The notes beneath the pieces were generated by a model. The model was given only the letters and a program-made list of their open reading frames with translations. It made no database searches and was not told the origin of the DNA. Below are positions 40,909-50,957 of a stretch of 64,000 nt of DNA, in pieces (the stretch's first letter is position 1; the number at the start of each line of letters is the position of its first letter). The position numbers and the translations under genes were made by a program. The DNA is from Candidatus Poribacteria bacterium. Its GTDB lineage: Bacteria; Poribacteria; WGA-4E; WGA-3G. Location: positions 1,952,001 through 2,016,000 of the forward strand of contig CAXXLX010000001.1 of NCBI GenBank assembly GCA_963665235.2, read 5' to 3'.

Positions 40909-42852
40909 ATGGCTAACAACGTTTTTCCACCGATGGAGACAGACTATCCCATCGAGAAAGCACACGTCAGCAGTCTGGAAGCATATCAAGCACAATATGC
41001 TGAATCAATTCAGGACCCAGAAACGTTCTGGGCAAACATTGCGGAACGGTTGACATGGTTCCAGAAATGGGATACGATTCGAGATTACGATTTTGTCAAC
41101 GGAGAAATTAAATGGTTCGAAGGCGGCACCCTGAATGCATGCTATAACTGCCTCGACCGACACGTGGAAGCTGGACACGGCGATGCAACCGCTATTATCT
41201 GGGAAGGAAATCATCCCGACGAAGATAAGACGTTCAGTTATAGCGAACTCCTCGCTGAAGTCAAAAAGTTTGCCAACGTCTTGAAAACAATAGGTATTGA
41301 GAAAGGCGACCGCGTCTGTATCTATCTACAGATGGTCCCGGAGTTAGCAGTTGCGATGTTAGCCTGCGCGAGGATTGGTGCCGTTCATTCAATCGTCTTT
41401 GGCGCGTTTTCAGCCGAATCCCTCCGAGACCGAATTAACGATTCTGCATGCAAACTGCTCATAACGCAGGACACCGCTGTCCGCGGTTCCCGCAGCGGCA
41501 TCGCTATGAAAGCCAACGCAGACGAAGCCGTTACAGCATGTCCCTCTATTGAAAAGGTCATCGTTGTCCAACGCACCGGCGACGCTGTCGATTTTGACGA
41601 CGCACGCGATATCTGGTGGCACGAAGTGATGGCGACCGCAGACACCGAATGTGAACCCGAAGTCATGAGTGCTGAAGACCCGCTTTTTATCCTATACACC
41701 TCCGGGTCAACAGGAAAACCGAAAGGCGTTTTGCATACCACCGGCGGTTATCTTGTCTACACCTCATACACGCATCAGCAAATCTTCGACTACCACGAAG
41801 ACGACATCTATTGGTGCACCGCGGATATCGGTTGGATTACAGGGCACTCTTACATTATATATGGCCCGCTCGCAAACCGGGCTATCACCGTTATGTTTGA
41901 AGGCGTACCCAACTATCCCGACTACGGACGCTTTTGGCAGGTTGTCGAAAAGCATCGCATTAATCTCTTTTACACCGCGCCTACCGCCCTGCGCGCATTG
42001 ATGAAAGAGGGGGATACCTGGGTAGAAAAATACAACCGCTCCACCCTCAGACTCCTCGGCACTGTCGGCGAACCGATTAAAGAACCGGAATGGCTCTGGT
42101 ATTACAACACAGTTGGCGAAAAACGGTGCCCGATTGTGGATACATGGTGGCAGACCGAAACAGGGGGAATTCTCATAACACCGTTGCCCGCGGCAACCCC
42201 ACTCAAACCCGGCTCCGCTACGTTCCCCTTCTTCGGAATTGAGCCGGTCATACTCGACGAGGCGGGCAACGAAGTAGAAGGCAACCCGGCTACCGGCTAC
42301 CTCTGCATCAAAACAGCGTGGCCCGGCATTATGCGTACTGTCTATGGCGACCACGAAAGGTTTCTTGATACCTATTTCCGACGGTTTCCGGGATATTACA
42401 TGACAGGCGATGGTGTACTACGTGACGAAGATGGCTACTATTGGATTACAGGCCGCGTGGACGATGTCCTCAACGTCTCCGGACACAGGCTCGGCACGGC
42501 TGAAGTTGAAGGAGCTATCGGGCAACATGCTGCTGTCGCTGAAGCCGCCGTCGTCGGATACCCGCACGATATCAAGGGACAGGGAATTTATGCGTACGTC
42601 ACCTTAATGACAGGCGAAACCGCATCCGATGAAGTAGAAACCGGCATCAAACAGGCAGTCCGCCAACAAATTGGTCCTATCGCTACACCTGACAAAATCC
42701 AGTTTACACCCGCTTTGCCGAAAACCCGTTCCGGTAAAATTATGCGCCGCATCCTCCGAAAAATCGCCGAAGGGGACATCTCTGACCTCGGAGATACCTC
42801 TACCCTCGCCGACCCAACGGTTGTCGACGCACTGGTCGAAGGCAGAAAGTGA
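40909..42852 (+). CDS. acs: Acetyl-CoA synthetase
   Basis: [39 protein letters not shown]. Confidence 0.98.
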   Translation: MANNVFPPMETDYPIEKAHVSSLEAYQAQYAESIQDPETFWANIAERLTWFQKWDTIRDYDFVNGEIKWFEGGTLNACYNCLDRHVEAGHGDATAIIWEGNHPDEDKTFSYSELLAEVKKFANVLKTIGIEKGDRVCIYLQMVPELAVAMLACARIGAVHSIVFGAFSAESLRDRINDSACKLLITQDTAVRGSRSGIAMKANADEAVTACPSIEKVIVVQRTGDAVDFDDARDIWWHEVMATADTECEPEVMSAEDPLFILYTSGSTGKPKGVLHTTGGYLVYTSYTHQQIFDYHEDDIYWCTADIGWITGHSYIIYGPLANRAITVMFEGVPNYPDYGRFWQVVEKHRINLFYTAPTALRALMKEGDTWVEKYNRSTLRLLGTVGEPIKEPEWLWYYNTVGEKRCPIVDTWWQTETGGILITPLPAATPLKPGSATFPFFGIEPVILDEAGNEVEGNPATGYLCIKTAWPGIMRTVYGDHERFLDTYFRRFPGYYMTGDGVLRDEDGYYWITGRVDDVLNVSGHRLGTAEVEGAIGQHAAVAEAAVVGYPHDIKGQGIYAYVTLMTGETASDEVETGIKQAVRQQIGPIATPDKIQFTPALPKTRSGKIMRRILRKIAEGDISDLGDTSTLADPTVVDALVEGRK

Positions 42853-43090
42853 ATTGGCAATTGGCAATTGGCAATTGGCAATTAGCAAGAGTTTCAGATT
42901 CTAAAATAGGTTTCTGAAGCGCGTCAGAGGCCTCTTTCTCTTGCTAACGGTTTCCATTAACCAACAGTCAACAGCCAACGAAGCAATTAGCAATTAGCAA
43001 TTAGCAAGAGTTTCAGATTCTAAATAGGTTTCTGAAGCGCGTCAGAGGCCTCTTTCTCTTGCTAACGGTTTCCATAAGTCAACAGCCAAT
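42853..43090. repeat. Two tandem copies of a ~66-bp hairpin element flanked by heptamer repeats; third inverted copy at 45996-46060
   Basis: TTAGCAAGAG...CTCTTGCTAA at 42882-42947 and 43001-43065; flanking (GCAATTR)n. Confidence 0.85.
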
Positions 43091-43110
43091 ATACCGTTAG
43101 GAGCACAAAA

Positions 43111-43605
43111 TTGCCATCAGCGCAACGTATTGTAGACGAATTGAAAAAACAGGGGATTACCCACGCCGTAGGGGTACCAGATAACGGCAGTGCCCAAATT
43201 TATGAACACTTGCGGGCAGAGCCTGACATTGAAGTCATCACCGTAACCCGCGAAGGGGAGGCATTTGCCATTGCATCCGGATTGTTCGTCGGTGACAAAA
43301 AACCTGTCATCATCATCCAAAACACAGGTTTCTTAGAATCCGGCGATGCCCTCCGAGGCACCGTAATCAGCATGCAGATTCCTGTCGTGATATTCATCGG
43401 ATACCGTGGATACCACAACCGCGATAGCAGTGGACAATGGATTGACTCGGTCGCTGCCCTCCTGGAACCTACCCTCAAGGCATGGAACGTGCCGTATCAG
43501 CTGCTAGAGACCGATGCCGATATTAATCGTATCCGCGAGGCATTTCAGAAGGCAGAGGCAACATCGCTGCCGACAGCACTCCTACTCATCGGGCATGCCA
43601 CATGA
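43111..43605 (+). CDS. TPP-dependent decarboxylase alpha subunit (sulfopyruvate/phosphonopyruvate decarboxylase-like)
   Basis: GVPD, TREGEAFAIASG, QNTGF, GYRG motifs. Confidence 0.8.
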   Translation: MPSAQRIVDELKKQGITHAVGVPDNGSAQIYEHLRAEPDIEVITVTREGEAFAIASGLFVGDKKPVIIIQNTGFLESGDALRGTVISMQIPVVIFIGYRGYHNRDSSGQWIDSVAALLEPTLKAWNVPYQLLETDADINRIREAFQKAEATSLPTALLLIGHAT

Positions 43606-43654
43606 TTGAAGGAATGCCGGCCCCCGTTCTCGTGTTGCAATCAGGAGATTGCAC

Positions 43655-44485
43655 CTACGGGGCAGCTGCGAGGACACTGTTCATGACCTCTGTCCATCTT
43701 CCCTCAAATTTTTCTCCGAATTCCGCTTCGCCCCCGGTTGCCAGAGGCCCGCGGAGCATCGGTTTAGTGGTGTTATTTCTCTCCCAGATCTCTTTTCCAC
43801 CGAAGTCGTTGTGGAGAAAGTGGAGTGCAACGCCAGCCCGTTCCTTATCGGAGAGATTTGACTTGGTACAGTGTGCCACGCCGTAACAGAAAAAGAGCAC
43901 ACCCCCCGCCTTCAATTCAACAGGGACAGCACGCTCCTCCGGCGGGTCGCAGCGAATGTGATGGTCGCTCAACGGGTCTTTATAGTGTTCATAGACTTCA
44001 CGATGACTGCCGGGGATGACGTGCAGGCAACCATTCTCGACGTTAGCGTCGTGGATAGCAATCCACATAGCGGTGCCGCGCAGCGGGTCGGCGATTTTGA
44101 AATAGGCGTTATCCTGATGCCAACTGGTGCCGATTCCGACTTTCGGCGGTTTCCAGAAAGCTTGGTCAAGTTCCAACATGAATTCATCACCGATGAGTTG
44201 TTGAACGGCAGAAACCACCTTAGGATGAAACGGCAGTGCCTTGTGCAAATCACTGCGATTGTTAAGCGGAATAACCTGTAGGTTTTGGCGTTCACCGTTG
44301 TTATCGCGTTTAGTGCCATCCTCTTGGACCGCGCAGTTAATCCCTCTTCCCTGTTCGAGTTCGGTATCGTAAATCCTTTCAAGTTCAAGGCGGAGGGCTT
44401 TCGCTTCAACCTCGTCGAAAAATCCATCTATGACAATATAACCGTTTTCTCGAAATTCTGTGAGTTGTGTTTCTGTGAGTTGCAT
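43655..44485 (-). CDS. PhyH-family Fe(II)/2OG dioxygenase
   Basis: FRENGY, WHQD, ENGCL.VIPGSH, distal H and R. Confidence 0.9.
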   Translation of the reverse strand: MQLTETQLTEFRENGYIVIDGFFDEVEAKALRLELERIYDTELEQGRGINCAVQEDGTKRDNNGERQNLQVIPLNNRSDLHKALPFHPKVVSAVQQLIGDEFMLELDQAFWKPPKVGIGTSWHQDNAYFKIADPLRGTAMWIAIHDANVENGCLHVIPGSHREVYEHYKDPLSDHHIRCDPPEERAVPVELKAGGVLFFCYGVAHCTKSNLSDKERAGVALHFLHNDFGGKEIWERNNTTKPMLRGPLATGGEAEFGEKFEGRWTEVMNSVLAAAP

Positions 44486-44524
44486 TATCAAATTTCCTTT
44501 CTATTTGACAGGACACCGGTGTGT

Positions 44525-45943
44525 CTACGTCGGCTTTGATTCCATATAGGCACACGGCACAATAATCGCATCGACCATGCCGTGTAAAATTTTCTTATCG
44601 GCGGGGCAGACAGCAGCTTGAATACCACCGAGGGTGACCTTATCTTCAGCAACAAAATAGTACGGACGAAGCAAGGGACGTCCCGGCATCTCTAACATAG
44701 TTCCGCTGTCGAAATCGTAATACTGCATCCGCACCCGTTTCGCGGTGTGAAATTTCTGAAGAACGTGCGGGCTCCGGTTGAAATTCGCCACACTCTCTTT
44801 GAGCGCAGCCTCCCACTCCTCCGTAGGTAAATCGTGACCGATAACGACCCCACGGCTCCCCCAGGCAAGTTCGGAAAATCCGGAGGGTTTGATAACTAAC
44901 TCGCGCTGCCGTTGCGTTACGTTGCTGAGTTGATGCCAGTCTGTAAGCGGGACACCGTCCACCTCAAGCCCAGGAATGACAGCATGCGGCGGCAGCGGAC
45001 GACTATCTAAAATCCACGTCTGCGGAATAACGTCCTGTAGGAATAGAGCCGTCTTTTTCGGAAGTTGACGTTTCCAAAACGACTGAAGAGCAGGATGGTG
45101 AAACAGAGCGAGACATAACTTCTCCTCAAGGTATGCCTTCGGTGGGGGTGTAATCACAACCGTTCGTTTTTTCGCGCTATAAAGCATCAACTCCGATTTC
45201 GGGATATTTTGCAGGTCAAACAGTTCATAGAAACGGTAGAGCACATCCACCGGTATTTTACCATCCTCCGTTTCCACAAAGAGGCAGTCCTCCGTAAAAA
45301 TGACTTCGTGCGGTTTGACGGTATACGTTCGTAACCCTATTTCAGAAAGAGCGGATGCAAGCCATACCATCTCTTCCCAATAATCTTGTGATTCGTCTGA
45401 AACTACAATTGCAAGCGTGGGGTCATCCTTTTTCGCAAGTGCCCGAATCATCTGAGCATATCCCTGCACCATGCCGTCGCTGCCCCCGATGAGTGTCCAA
45501 CCGAGTTCAGCGTACAATCTAGACAAACACCCTGTGGTACCGATAAACCCCGGAATTGAATCCAATTCCGTAATTGCCATCCCATCAGCAGTCGGCAAAA
45601 TATCGGGACGAATCACCCCCGGCAGTTGACTTTTAAAGCGGTTCATTCTACCGTATTGAATGACATTCTCAGGTTTACCTATGTCTAGGCAATCCGCAAC
45701 CCAAGTCGGTTGAATCCCGCGCGCACTCTGTGAATAGAGGAGATTACATGCCCGGTAAAAATTTAAAAGGTGTCCACCAAGCTCCTCAAAATAGTGTCTG
45801 TCCTTCTCAGAAATCCAGAACGGCTCCGGCGAAATACGCCAGGAGGTGTTGCAATCGGGATGGACATCCCGTTTTTCTCCAGAAAACAATTTTGCCTTCG
45901 GAATTTCATCATTAATAAATAGACATCTGTTTGTAGCATCCAA
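44525..45943 (-). CDS. Putative ATP-grasp-like ligase (circularly permuted/GSP synthase-like)
   Basis: IRPD....ITELDS, VLYRFYE, LVIKPSG...WGSRGVVIG, VLQKF. Confidence 0.55.
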   Translation of the reverse strand: MDATNRCLFINDEIPKAKLFSGEKRDVHPDCNTSWRISPEPFWISEKDRHYFEELGGHLLNFYRACNLLYSQSARGIQPTWVADCLDIGKPENVIQYGRMNRFKSQLPGVIRPDILPTADGMAITELDSIPGFIGTTGCLSRLYAELGWTLIGGSDGMVQGYAQMIRALAKKDDPTLAIVVSDESQDYWEEMVWLASALSEIGLRTYTVKPHEVIFTEDCLFVETEDGKIPVDVLYRFYELFDLQNIPKSELMLYSAKKRTVVITPPPKAYLEEKLCLALFHHPALQSFWKRQLPKKTALFLQDVIPQTWILDSRPLPPHAVIPGLEVDGVPLTDWHQLSNVTQRQRELVIKPSGFSELAWGSRGVVIGHDLPTEEWEAALKESVANFNRSPHVLQKFHTAKRVRMQYYDFDSGTMLEMPGRPLLRPYYFVAEDKVTLGGIQAAVCPADKKILHGMVDAIIVPCAYMESKPT

Positions 45944-46092
45944 ACTTATAACCCCTTGTTTGGCTTGTTGGCTTATGACTTATGGCTTATGGTTGTTAGC
46001 AAGAGAAAGAGGTAGATGCACGCGCTTCAGAAACCTATTTAGAATCTGAAACTCTTGCCAATTGCCAATCGCTAATCGCCAGTGAGCCATCT

Positions 46093-47676
46093 TCACAGAA
46101 TTACCTGTTTGACGAATTCTATCTTTTTTTCCGCCGCGATAGTTTGCAAAACGTTTCGCGGCACAAGACTATCCACATTAATCAGCGTCACAGCGGCCTC
46201 GCCAATACGGGAACGTCCAACCGTCATATCCGCGATATTGATATTGTGTTCACCCAGAATAGTACCGATTAAGCCAATCATCCCCGGTTGGTCACGGTTG
46301 TAAATGAGGAGTATATGCCCCTCTAAGGTCGCGTTCAGGTGAAGCTGATTGATGCGTACGATTCGGATATCTTTTCGTCCGAAGGTCGTCCCAGCAATTA
46401 CGGTATCCCCCTTATCTGTGCTAACAGTAATAGTGAGCAGATTAGAGAAGTCAGTTTCAGAATCACTTTTAGCTTCTGTCACAGGAATTCCGCGTTGCCT
46501 AATCAGGAAGGGCGCGTTCACATAGTTCACGTTCGCTAAAATCGGTGTCAAGAGCCCTTTCTGTAAAGCGACAGTTATAGGCGTTACATCCTCTTTTTGG
46601 AAGAGCGGGCCGCTATAATTGATTTTAATCGATAAGATCTGGCCTTCAACGATTTGTGCTTGGAAACTTCCGATTTTTTCCGCAAGTTCCAAATAGGGGC
46701 CCAAAACATCGAGCGTCCTTGGGTCAATTTTGGGCTGATTCACAGCGTGAGCAACCGGTTTACCTTGGAGCGCGTTGATTACCTGTCGTGCAACCGCCAC
46801 CGCAACGTGTTCCTGCGCCTCGGCTGTAGACGCGCCGAGATGCGGCAGAGCAAGCACGTTATCTAAATTGCGCAGCGGCGTATCAATTGCCGGTTCGTTT
46901 TCAAAAACATCCAAGGCCGCCCCCGCGATTTTTCCCGTTTTCAACGCATCATAGAGGGCATCTTCGTCAATAATACCACCCCGTGCACAATTAATCAAGC
47001 GGCATGTCGGTTTCATCAACGCAAACTCGGACTCCCCAACGATATGATAGGTTTCAGCCGTGAGCTGCGTATGCACGGAAATATAATCCGCTTCCTGAAA
47101 AAGCGTCTCCTTGTCAACTAAGCGGACCCCTATTTTTTCAGCAGCACTCGATGAAATGTATGGGTCATAGGCGATTGCCTGCATTTTGAACGCTTGCGCT
47201 CGACGCGCCACCTCTCGTCCAATTCTACCGAGCCCGATGGTCCCGAAAACTTTCCCGTAGAGCTCCACACCTATAAAATTGTTCCGTTCCCAATTTCCAT
47301 CTTTGAGAGACATGCTGGCAGGCACCAAGTTTCGCGCGAGTGCCAGCAATAAAGCAAGTGTATGTTCCGCTGCTGCAATTGTATTGCCCTCTGGCGTGTT
47401 AACAACTAAAATTCCGTTTCGCGTAGCAGCTTGCACATCGATGTTGTCTACACCGACACCTGCTCGACCGATGACCTTAAGCTGTGACGCTGCCTCAATG
47501 ACCTCCGATGTCACTTTCGTCGCACTCCGGATGAGCAGGGCTTGATAATCACCGATGCGGTCAAGCAACTCCGCCTCCGACAAATTGAGCATAACATCAA
47601 CCGCAAAATCACCGCTTTCAATCAACAGATTCAAGCCTTGCTGTGACAGCAAATCGCTGACCAGCACCTTGTTCAT
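46093..47676 (-). CDS. serA: D-3-phosphoglycerate dehydrogenase (type I, ASB+ACT)
   Basis: GRAGVGVDNID, GLGRIG, NCARGG, PHLGAST, C-terminal ACT. Confidence 0.97.
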   Translation of the reverse strand: MNKVLVSDLLSQQGLNLLIESGDFAVDVMLNLSEAELLDRIGDYQALLIRSATKVTSEVIEAASQLKVIGRAGVGVDNIDVQAATRNGILVVNTPEGNTIAAAEHTLALLLALARNLVPASMSLKDGNWERNNFIGVELYGKVFGTIGLGRIGREVARRAQAFKMQAIAYDPYISSSAAEKIGVRLVDKETLFQEADYISVHTQLTAETYHIVGESEFALMKPTCRLINCARGGIIDEDALYDALKTGKIAGAALDVFENEPAIDTPLRNLDNVLALPHLGASTAEAQEHVAVAVARQVINALQGKPVAHAVNQPKIDPRTLDVLGPYLELAEKIGSFQAQIVEGQILSIKINYSGPLFQKEDVTPITVALQKGLLTPILANVNYVNAPFLIRQRGIPVTEAKSDSETDFSNLLTITVSTDKGDTVIAGTTFGRKDIRIVRINQLHLNATLEGHILLIYNRDQPGMIGLIGTILGEHNINIADMTVGRSRIGEAAVTLINVDSLVPRNVLQTIAAEKKIEFVKQVIL

Positions 47677-47737
47677 GGGCTAAATTCCTCCACCTTTATC
47701 GTGCCAATAAGGACATCTTTTAACACAGTGTTTGCAA

Positions 47738-47766
47738 ATTATAGCATGTAGCCCGAACTTTGTCAA
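47738..47766 (-). promoter_or_regulatory. serA promoter
   Basis: TTGACA-17 bp-TATAAT, consensus. Confidence 0.75.
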
Positions 47767-47794
47767 TAACATTTTAATTTCAGAGCAATTCGTC

Positions 47795-47909
47795 CAGGAC
47801 TTACGCAGCACGTTGCTAAAGTCTATAGATAATGGGATTTAGAGGTTGACCTAGCGGGCTGGGGGACCCAGCCCCTACGCGCTTATGTTCTAAATTTGCG
47901 TAAGTCCTG
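47795..47909. repeat. 115-bp MITE-like element containing a GTAG-type REP hairpin
   Basis: 13-bp perfect TIR CAGGACTTACGCA / TGCGTAAGTCCTG; internal gggctggg-gga-cccagccc-ctac. Confidence 0.75.
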
Positions 47910-47922
47910 TCGTCGAAAGAAA

Positions 47923-47951
47923 TTGACATCTACACAGCAATATGATATAAT
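47923..47951 (+). promoter_or_regulatory. Consensus sigma70 promoter upstream of the orphan antitoxin-like ORF
   Basis: TTGACA-17 bp-TATAAT with TG. Confidence 0.75.
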
Positions 47952-48017
47952 AAACTGAACTTTAGCAATACGGAGAAAAACGCAAACATCTTATGAACCA
48001 TTTAAGGAGGTATCGCA

Positions 48018-48236
48018 ATCACAACACGACTTGAACAAGCTTTCACAGAAGCCTCAAAACTTTCACCCAAGGAACAGGATGCACTTGCAGATTGGGTGCT
48101 TGCTGAACTCCACTCTGAAAAACGATGGGATAGATTGTTCGCCAATTCGCAAGACACATTATCTCAGTTGACTTCGGAGGCACTGGCTGAACATCATAAG
48201 GGTCAAACGCAGGAACTGGATCCGGATCAACTATGA
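48018..48236 (+). pseudogene. Orphan type II antitoxin-like ORF with ATC in place of a start codon
   Basis: AAGGAGG then ATC-TTRLEQAFTEASKLSPKEQDALADWVLAELHSEKRWDRLFANSQDTLSQLTSEALAEHHKGQTQELDPDQL*; ATGA overlap at the stop but no toxin follows. Confidence 0.65.
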
Positions 48237-48315
48237 ATTTATGTCAAACGGGTGTGTAAAGTTTTTGTACGTCTGCGATATTTTTTCTGAAGAAAAATCA
48301 AACCCTTCGCAACTA

Positions 48316-48433
48316 ATACCATTTCTAATTGAAAATGTCTCTTTATTGTAGCATAAACTTCCAGTTTGTGTCTTCCGTTCTCCGTTTCATTTCTAACAAC
48401 TGGTAATGATAGAATAATTAATAAAAATGGTAT
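48316..48433. mobile_element. 118-bp MITE carrying one REP-like unit
   Basis: TIR ATACCATTT / AAATGGTAT; near-identical to the flanks of the 55.7-kb array. Confidence 0.7.
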
Positions 48434-49095
48434 AACATAACAGAAAACCAAAACATTTTTCGGAGGAGAGCGGCACGGTTTGCAACTCACCTGACCAGAC
48501 ACCGATAGCGAAAGTGTCACATTTCATTTTTTTGAAATCGCAAAAGTCAGGTGTCCAACGCTTTCAAAGCTATGCGTGGCGTGGGTTTGTGCCAATGCAG
48601 CACCCAAAACCGAATGTTACACTTTGTGTCAAAAGTGTAACTTATGTACCGAACAGCATCAAAAAATAGGAGGCAGCACGGTAAAAAAAGTAGGTAGGAG
48701 TGAAAACCGCAAACCGGCAGTCGAAATGACACATTTCGTTTTTTATCTGACACGAAAAAGACGGGTCAAAATCGTCTATAAACATAGACAGGGCAAGGGT
48801 TCAGGCGAGTTCAGAACCGAAAACCGAATGTTACACGTTGTGTCAAAAGTGTAACATTTACACCGGAACACACCCTTGGATTTCACAAGTAAACATACAG
48901 GCAGGAACAAAAACCCTCTTTTTCCGTGTTCTCTGTGTTTTCCGCGATTCTGACAATTGTACAAAAACTTTACACACCCTGTCAAACACTCGAATGGACA
49001 TTTTTTTGTAAATATGGTATTCTATAATAAAATATAACCGTGCATCGCTTAATTGCACAAATTACGTTAATACCGAAATATGGAGGTACACACTA

Positions 49096-49308
49096 ATGGT
49101 CCCTGGAATCCCTGGACCCGTAGAATTACTACTAATCTTAGCTATCGTCCTGTTCCTGTTTGGTGCAAAACGTCTTCCGGAATTGGCGCGTGGGCTCGGC
49201 AAAAGCATCACCAACTTTAAATCTGGCCTCAATGAGGGACAGACAGACGAACCTGACACCACCGCACAACAGGAAAAAGAGACACCGCAAAAAGAGGAAA
49301 CTGGTTAA
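49096..49308 (+). CDS. tatA: Twin-arginine translocase TatA/E
   Basis: GPVELLLILAIVLFLFGAKRLPELARGLGKSI..FK. Confidence 0.95.
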   Translation: MVPGIPGPVELLLILAIVLFLFGAKRLPELARGLGKSITNFKSGLNEGQTDEPDTTAQQEKETPQKEETG

Positions 49309-49635
49309 TTGAAAGATAAATTACCCGACTTTCTTCAGAACGTTATCGAGGAATACCCTGAAGTTTGGAAGGCGTATCAGGCATTAGGTGAGGCGTGCGG
49401 CACCGCCGGTCCCCTCGACCCAAAAACGGCAAGACTCGTTAAACTTGCACTCGCTATCGGGGCGAAATCTGAGGGGGCGGTGCATTCGCACGTCCGACGT
49501 GCACTACGCGAGGGCATCACACGTGAGGAATTGCAACAGGTGGCACTACTTGCTGTGACCTCTATCGGATGGTCCTCAAGTATGGCCGCACTGTCCTGGA
49601 TTCAAGATGTCACCGATAAACCGGAGAACGTTTAG
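49309..49635 (+). CDS. Carboxymuconolactone decarboxylase/AhpD-like protein
   Basis: GPLDPKTARLVKLA...HSHVRRALREG. Confidence 0.85.
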   Translation: MKDKLPDFLQNVIEEYPEVWKAYQALGEACGTAGPLDPKTARLVKLALAIGAKSEGAVHSHVRRALREGITREELQQVALLAVTSIGWSSSMAALSWIQDVTDKPENV

Positions 49636-49680
49636 GCGCAGCAAACGCACTTTGAACTGCTGCGCTACGAGGAATCGGTT

Positions 49681-50919
49681 ATGGAAAAACGTCACACGCC
49701 GCATCGCATTCGGTTGCAATACGGTATTGCAAGCTGTGCCCTAATACTCGCCTTAATCTTTGGAGGGCTCCTGCGCCCCGGTGGAAGCGATGAAACTGCA
49801 TCGGAGTTCCAACAAGGGGTTGAATATGTCAAGCTGCGGCTGTATTCACACGCTGCGGGTATCTTCAAAACCATCTTGGCACGAAATCCGACAGATGTGA
49901 ACACCCTTTTTCAACTCGGCAGTGTCTATAGATTGCGTGATGAATTAGCGTTAGCAATAGAGACGTTTGACAAGATTCTCACACTCCCCGCATCGGAAAA
50001 GGTGTACGGCATAACCAGCCTCTCACTATCAGAAATTTACTGTAGGCAGAGCAAATTGGATATGGCTGAAGCGTACGCGAAACAGGCAGTTCAACAGTGT
50101 CCACACATGGCAGATACGCATTATCGGCTCGGTTATGTCTATACGCATCAAGCCAAATTTGACGCTGCGCTGGCTGCCTTTAAACGGACGCTCACACACA
50201 ACCCCGATTTTGCCGAAGTTTACGAATGGCTCGGTTTAATCGCTCTCATGCAGCACAAACCGAACGAAGCCGTAACGCACTATAAAACCGTAATCCAAAA
50301 GAAACCTTACGTTCAGAGTGCTTACTATAACCTCGCCAAGGCTTACCGGATGCTCGGCGATACAGAATCAGCAGCAGAACAGCTGAAGCTCTTCCAGCAG
50401 ATGAAAACCTATTACGATAAGACGTACGCTATTGAAAGTGCTTTGGCAGAGGAGCCAAAAAACGCACCGCTTCGCATGGAATTGGCACAGCTACATCTGA
50501 CACATAAACATATCTCCGCAGCAATTGCTACATATCAAGGACTGCTGCGATTGAATCCAGAATTTATCGCAGGATATGATAAGCTCGCAAGGCTTTACAT
50601 GACACACAACATGCCGAAACACGCGATACCGCTCTTTCAAAAGGTCCTTCAATTGAATCCGAATGCCGTAGAAGCACACGTCCGATTGGGATGGCTCTAT
50701 ATGACACAAAAAACGTTTGACAAGGCAGAATCACATCTACAGAAGGCTATAGAGAAGATGCCGAAGCTTACCTTGGCATACCACGGGCTGGCAGAAATTT
50801 ATACGCAACAGGGACATATTGAAAAAGCCGTCGATATCTATCAACACATCGTCCAAATTGAACCTGACGATAAAGCGGCATTGACAGCTTTGCACGCCTT
50901 GAAACGCCTAAAAAAGTAG
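49681..50919 (+). CDS. Membrane-anchored TPR protein
   Basis: N-terminal TM plus multiple TPRs. Confidence 0.85.
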   Translation: MEKRHTPHRIRLQYGIASCALILALIFGGLLRPGGSDETASEFQQGVEYVKLRLYSHAAGIFKTILARNPTDVNTLFQLGSVYRLRDELALAIETFDKILTLPASEKVYGITSLSLSEIYCRQSKLDMAEAYAKQAVQQCPHMADTHYRLGYVYTHQAKFDAALAAFKRTLTHNPDFAEVYEWLGLIALMQHKPNEAVTHYKTVIQKKPYVQSAYYNLAKAYRMLGDTESAAEQLKLFQQMKTYYDKTYAIESALAEEPKNAPLRMELAQLHLTHKHISAAIATYQGLLRLNPEFIAGYDKLARLYMTHNMPKHAIPLFQKVLQLNPNAVEAHVRLGWLYMTQKTFDKAESHLQKAIEKMPKLTLAYHGLAEIYTQQGHIEKAVDIYQHIVQIEPDDKAALTALHALKRLKK

Positions 50920-50957
50920 ATGAAACGAAGCGGTAAGTGCACTCACCGGGTGCTTTT

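Noticed and set aside
43602-43886. Beta subunit of the decarboxylase (ATGA overlap)
   Set aside because: It has no GDG TPP motif and mostly overlaps the antisense phyH gene.
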